Assembly: GCA_964527925.1 (NCBI GenBank)
Contig: CAZGQO010000006.1
Coordinates: 88,983-152,982, forward strand
Reading direction: 5' to 3'
DNA: 64,000 nucleotides
DNA from: an uncultured Ignavibacteriaceae bacterium
GTDB lineage: Bacteria; Bacteroidota; Ignavibacteria; Ch128b
The notes under the pieces are model-generated. The model ran no database searches and was not told the DNA's origin. It worked only from the letters and a program-made list of their open reading frames with translations. The position numbers and the translations under genes were made by a program. Positions 62,900-64,000 of this stretch are shown piece by piece (position 1 is the first letter of the stretch; the number at the start of each line of letters is the position of its first letter).

Positions 62900-64000
62900 T
62901 TACCCTTGTTGAGTTTATTAAGAAAGAATTTCTACAGCTTCGCAGAGATAGACGAATGCTTCCAATAATTTTTATTGCTCCAGTGCTTCAATTAATTCTG
63001 ATTGGTTACGCAATTACATTTGATGTAAAAAACATTCCTCTTGTCGTTTGTGATCTTGATAGATCAGAAGAAAGCCAAACTTATATTCAAAATTTTAATT
63101 CAAGTGGATATTTCAAATCGGTTGATCAAATCTACAATCAAAAAGAAATTGATTATTATCTCGATAAAAGCATTGCAAAAATTGCAATAGTGATTCCTGA
63201 TGATTTTTCTAAAAAATTAAACAAAGGAGAATTTTCGAGTGTTCAATTTTTAGTTGATGGAACAGATGCATATTCGGCAAATGTAAGTTTAAGTTATGTG
63301 ACGGGAATAACTTTTAATTTCAACAGAAATATTTTGATTCAATTTTTTAATCGACAAGGGCAAAGTCTTAACTATGTCAGAATAAACCCTGAAATAAGAG
63401 TCTGGTTTAATCCTGAACTTAAAAGCTCAAATTATTTTATTCCAGGAATAATTGGATTGCTTTTAACCATAATGACTTTACTTCTTACTTCGATGGCAAT
63501 TGTAAAGGAAAAAGAATTTGGAACAATGGAACAGCTTATTGTTACTCCAATAAAAAAATATGAATTAATAATTGGAAAGCTGGTTCCATTTACGATAATT
63601 GGATTTATCGACGTATTGATTGTCATTGGTGCCGCCTTTGTATTTTTTGATATTGAATTAAAAGGCAGTTTCTTGCTGTTGATAGTAAGCTGTATTCCGT
63701 TTTTGTTCTCGACTCTTGGACTTGGGTTACTTGTATCTACAATTACGAGAACTCAACAACAAGCAATGATGATTGGAGTTTTTCTGGTTATGCTTCCATT
63801 TATTTATCTATCAGGATTTACTTTTCCCATCGAAACAATGCCTCCTGTAATCAAATTTACAACTAACTTTATTCCATTAAAATACTTTTTGATTATACTC
63901 CGGTCACTTTTCCTGAAAGGATCAGGAATAACCGAGCTATGGGACGAAATGCTGATTATGATGGCCATTGGGCTTGTAATTTTCCCCGTTAGTATTTTTA
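62896..64000 (+). CDS. Second ABC-2 type permease (paralog). It is 3'-truncated by the window end and is absent from the ORF track because no stop falls within the window.
   Basis: ATGA overlap at 62896. Translation 'MITLVEFIKKEFLQLRRDRRMLPIIFIAPVLQLILIGYAITFDVKN...' is paralogous to 61778-62899. Confidence 0.75.
   Translation, partial: MITLVEFIKKEFLQLRRDRRMLPIIFIAPVLQLILIGYAITFDVKNIPLVVCDLDRSEESQTYIQNFNSSGYFKSVDQIYNQKEIDYYLDKSIAKIAIVIPDDFSKKLNKGEFSSVQFLVDGTDAYSANVSLSYVTGITFNFNRNILIQFFNRQGQSLNYVRINPEIRVWFNPELKSSNYFIPGIIGLLLTIMTLLLTSMAIVKEKEFGTMEQLIVTPIKKYELIIGKLVPFTIIGFIDVLIVIGAAFVFFDIELKGSFLLLIVSCIPFLFSTLGLGLLVSTITRTQQQAMMIGVFLVMLPFIYLSGFTFPIETMPPVIKFTTNFIPLKYFLIILRSLFLKGSGITELWDEMLIMMAIGLVIFPVSIF

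Overview
This 64-kb window is low-GC (about 33%) chromosomal DNA from a member of the Bacteroidota/Ignavibacteriota (FCB) group. The lineage call rests on at least five secreted proteins that end in the T9SS (Por) C-terminal sorting domain with the recognisable '(Q)NYPNPFNP...' core, on FCB-type gene content, and on frequent start codons without a Shine-Dalgarno sequence.

The window alternates housekeeping operons with accessory blocks separated by long AT-rich spacers that contain no ORFs. The content, in order:
- A D-aminoacylase-family amidohydrolase, a CBM48-esterase T9SS protein and an M28 peptidase.
- An oxygen and peroxide defence module: an Rrf2 regulator, cydAB and a 1-Cys peroxiredoxin.
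- A ROK glucokinase.
- A MarR, TolC, MFP, RND efflux operon followed by a small P-II-like (DUF3240-like) gene.
- truA.
- A translationally coupled four-gene operon on the minus strand: a HyuA-like ASKHA ATPase, a degenerate FAD-oxidoreductase-like protein, a NanE-like epimerase and a GH26-like T9SS hydrolase.
- Three paralogous GHL10 (DUF187/YngK-like) putative glycosidases.
- fumC and tRNA-Lys(CUU).
- An S9 hydrolase, a nitroreductase, and YbjQ with a small membrane protein.
- A TonB-dependent receptor.
- copA followed by a small secreted lysine-rich protein carrying two CC motifs.
- A Kdo/LPS-transport operon: kdsA, kdsC, an unknown gene, kdsD, lptC, lptA, lptB.
- gap.
- A TetR-controlled YbhGFSR-like ABC efflux system with an embedded TolC gene.

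Six genes appear to be pseudogenes or frameshifted. Among them, the natural-transformation genes dprA and comF each carry multiple lesions. A tandem MITE-like repeat with 11-bp terminal inverted repeats lies near the start of the window.

No CRISPR array, rRNA gene or obvious prophage was seen.
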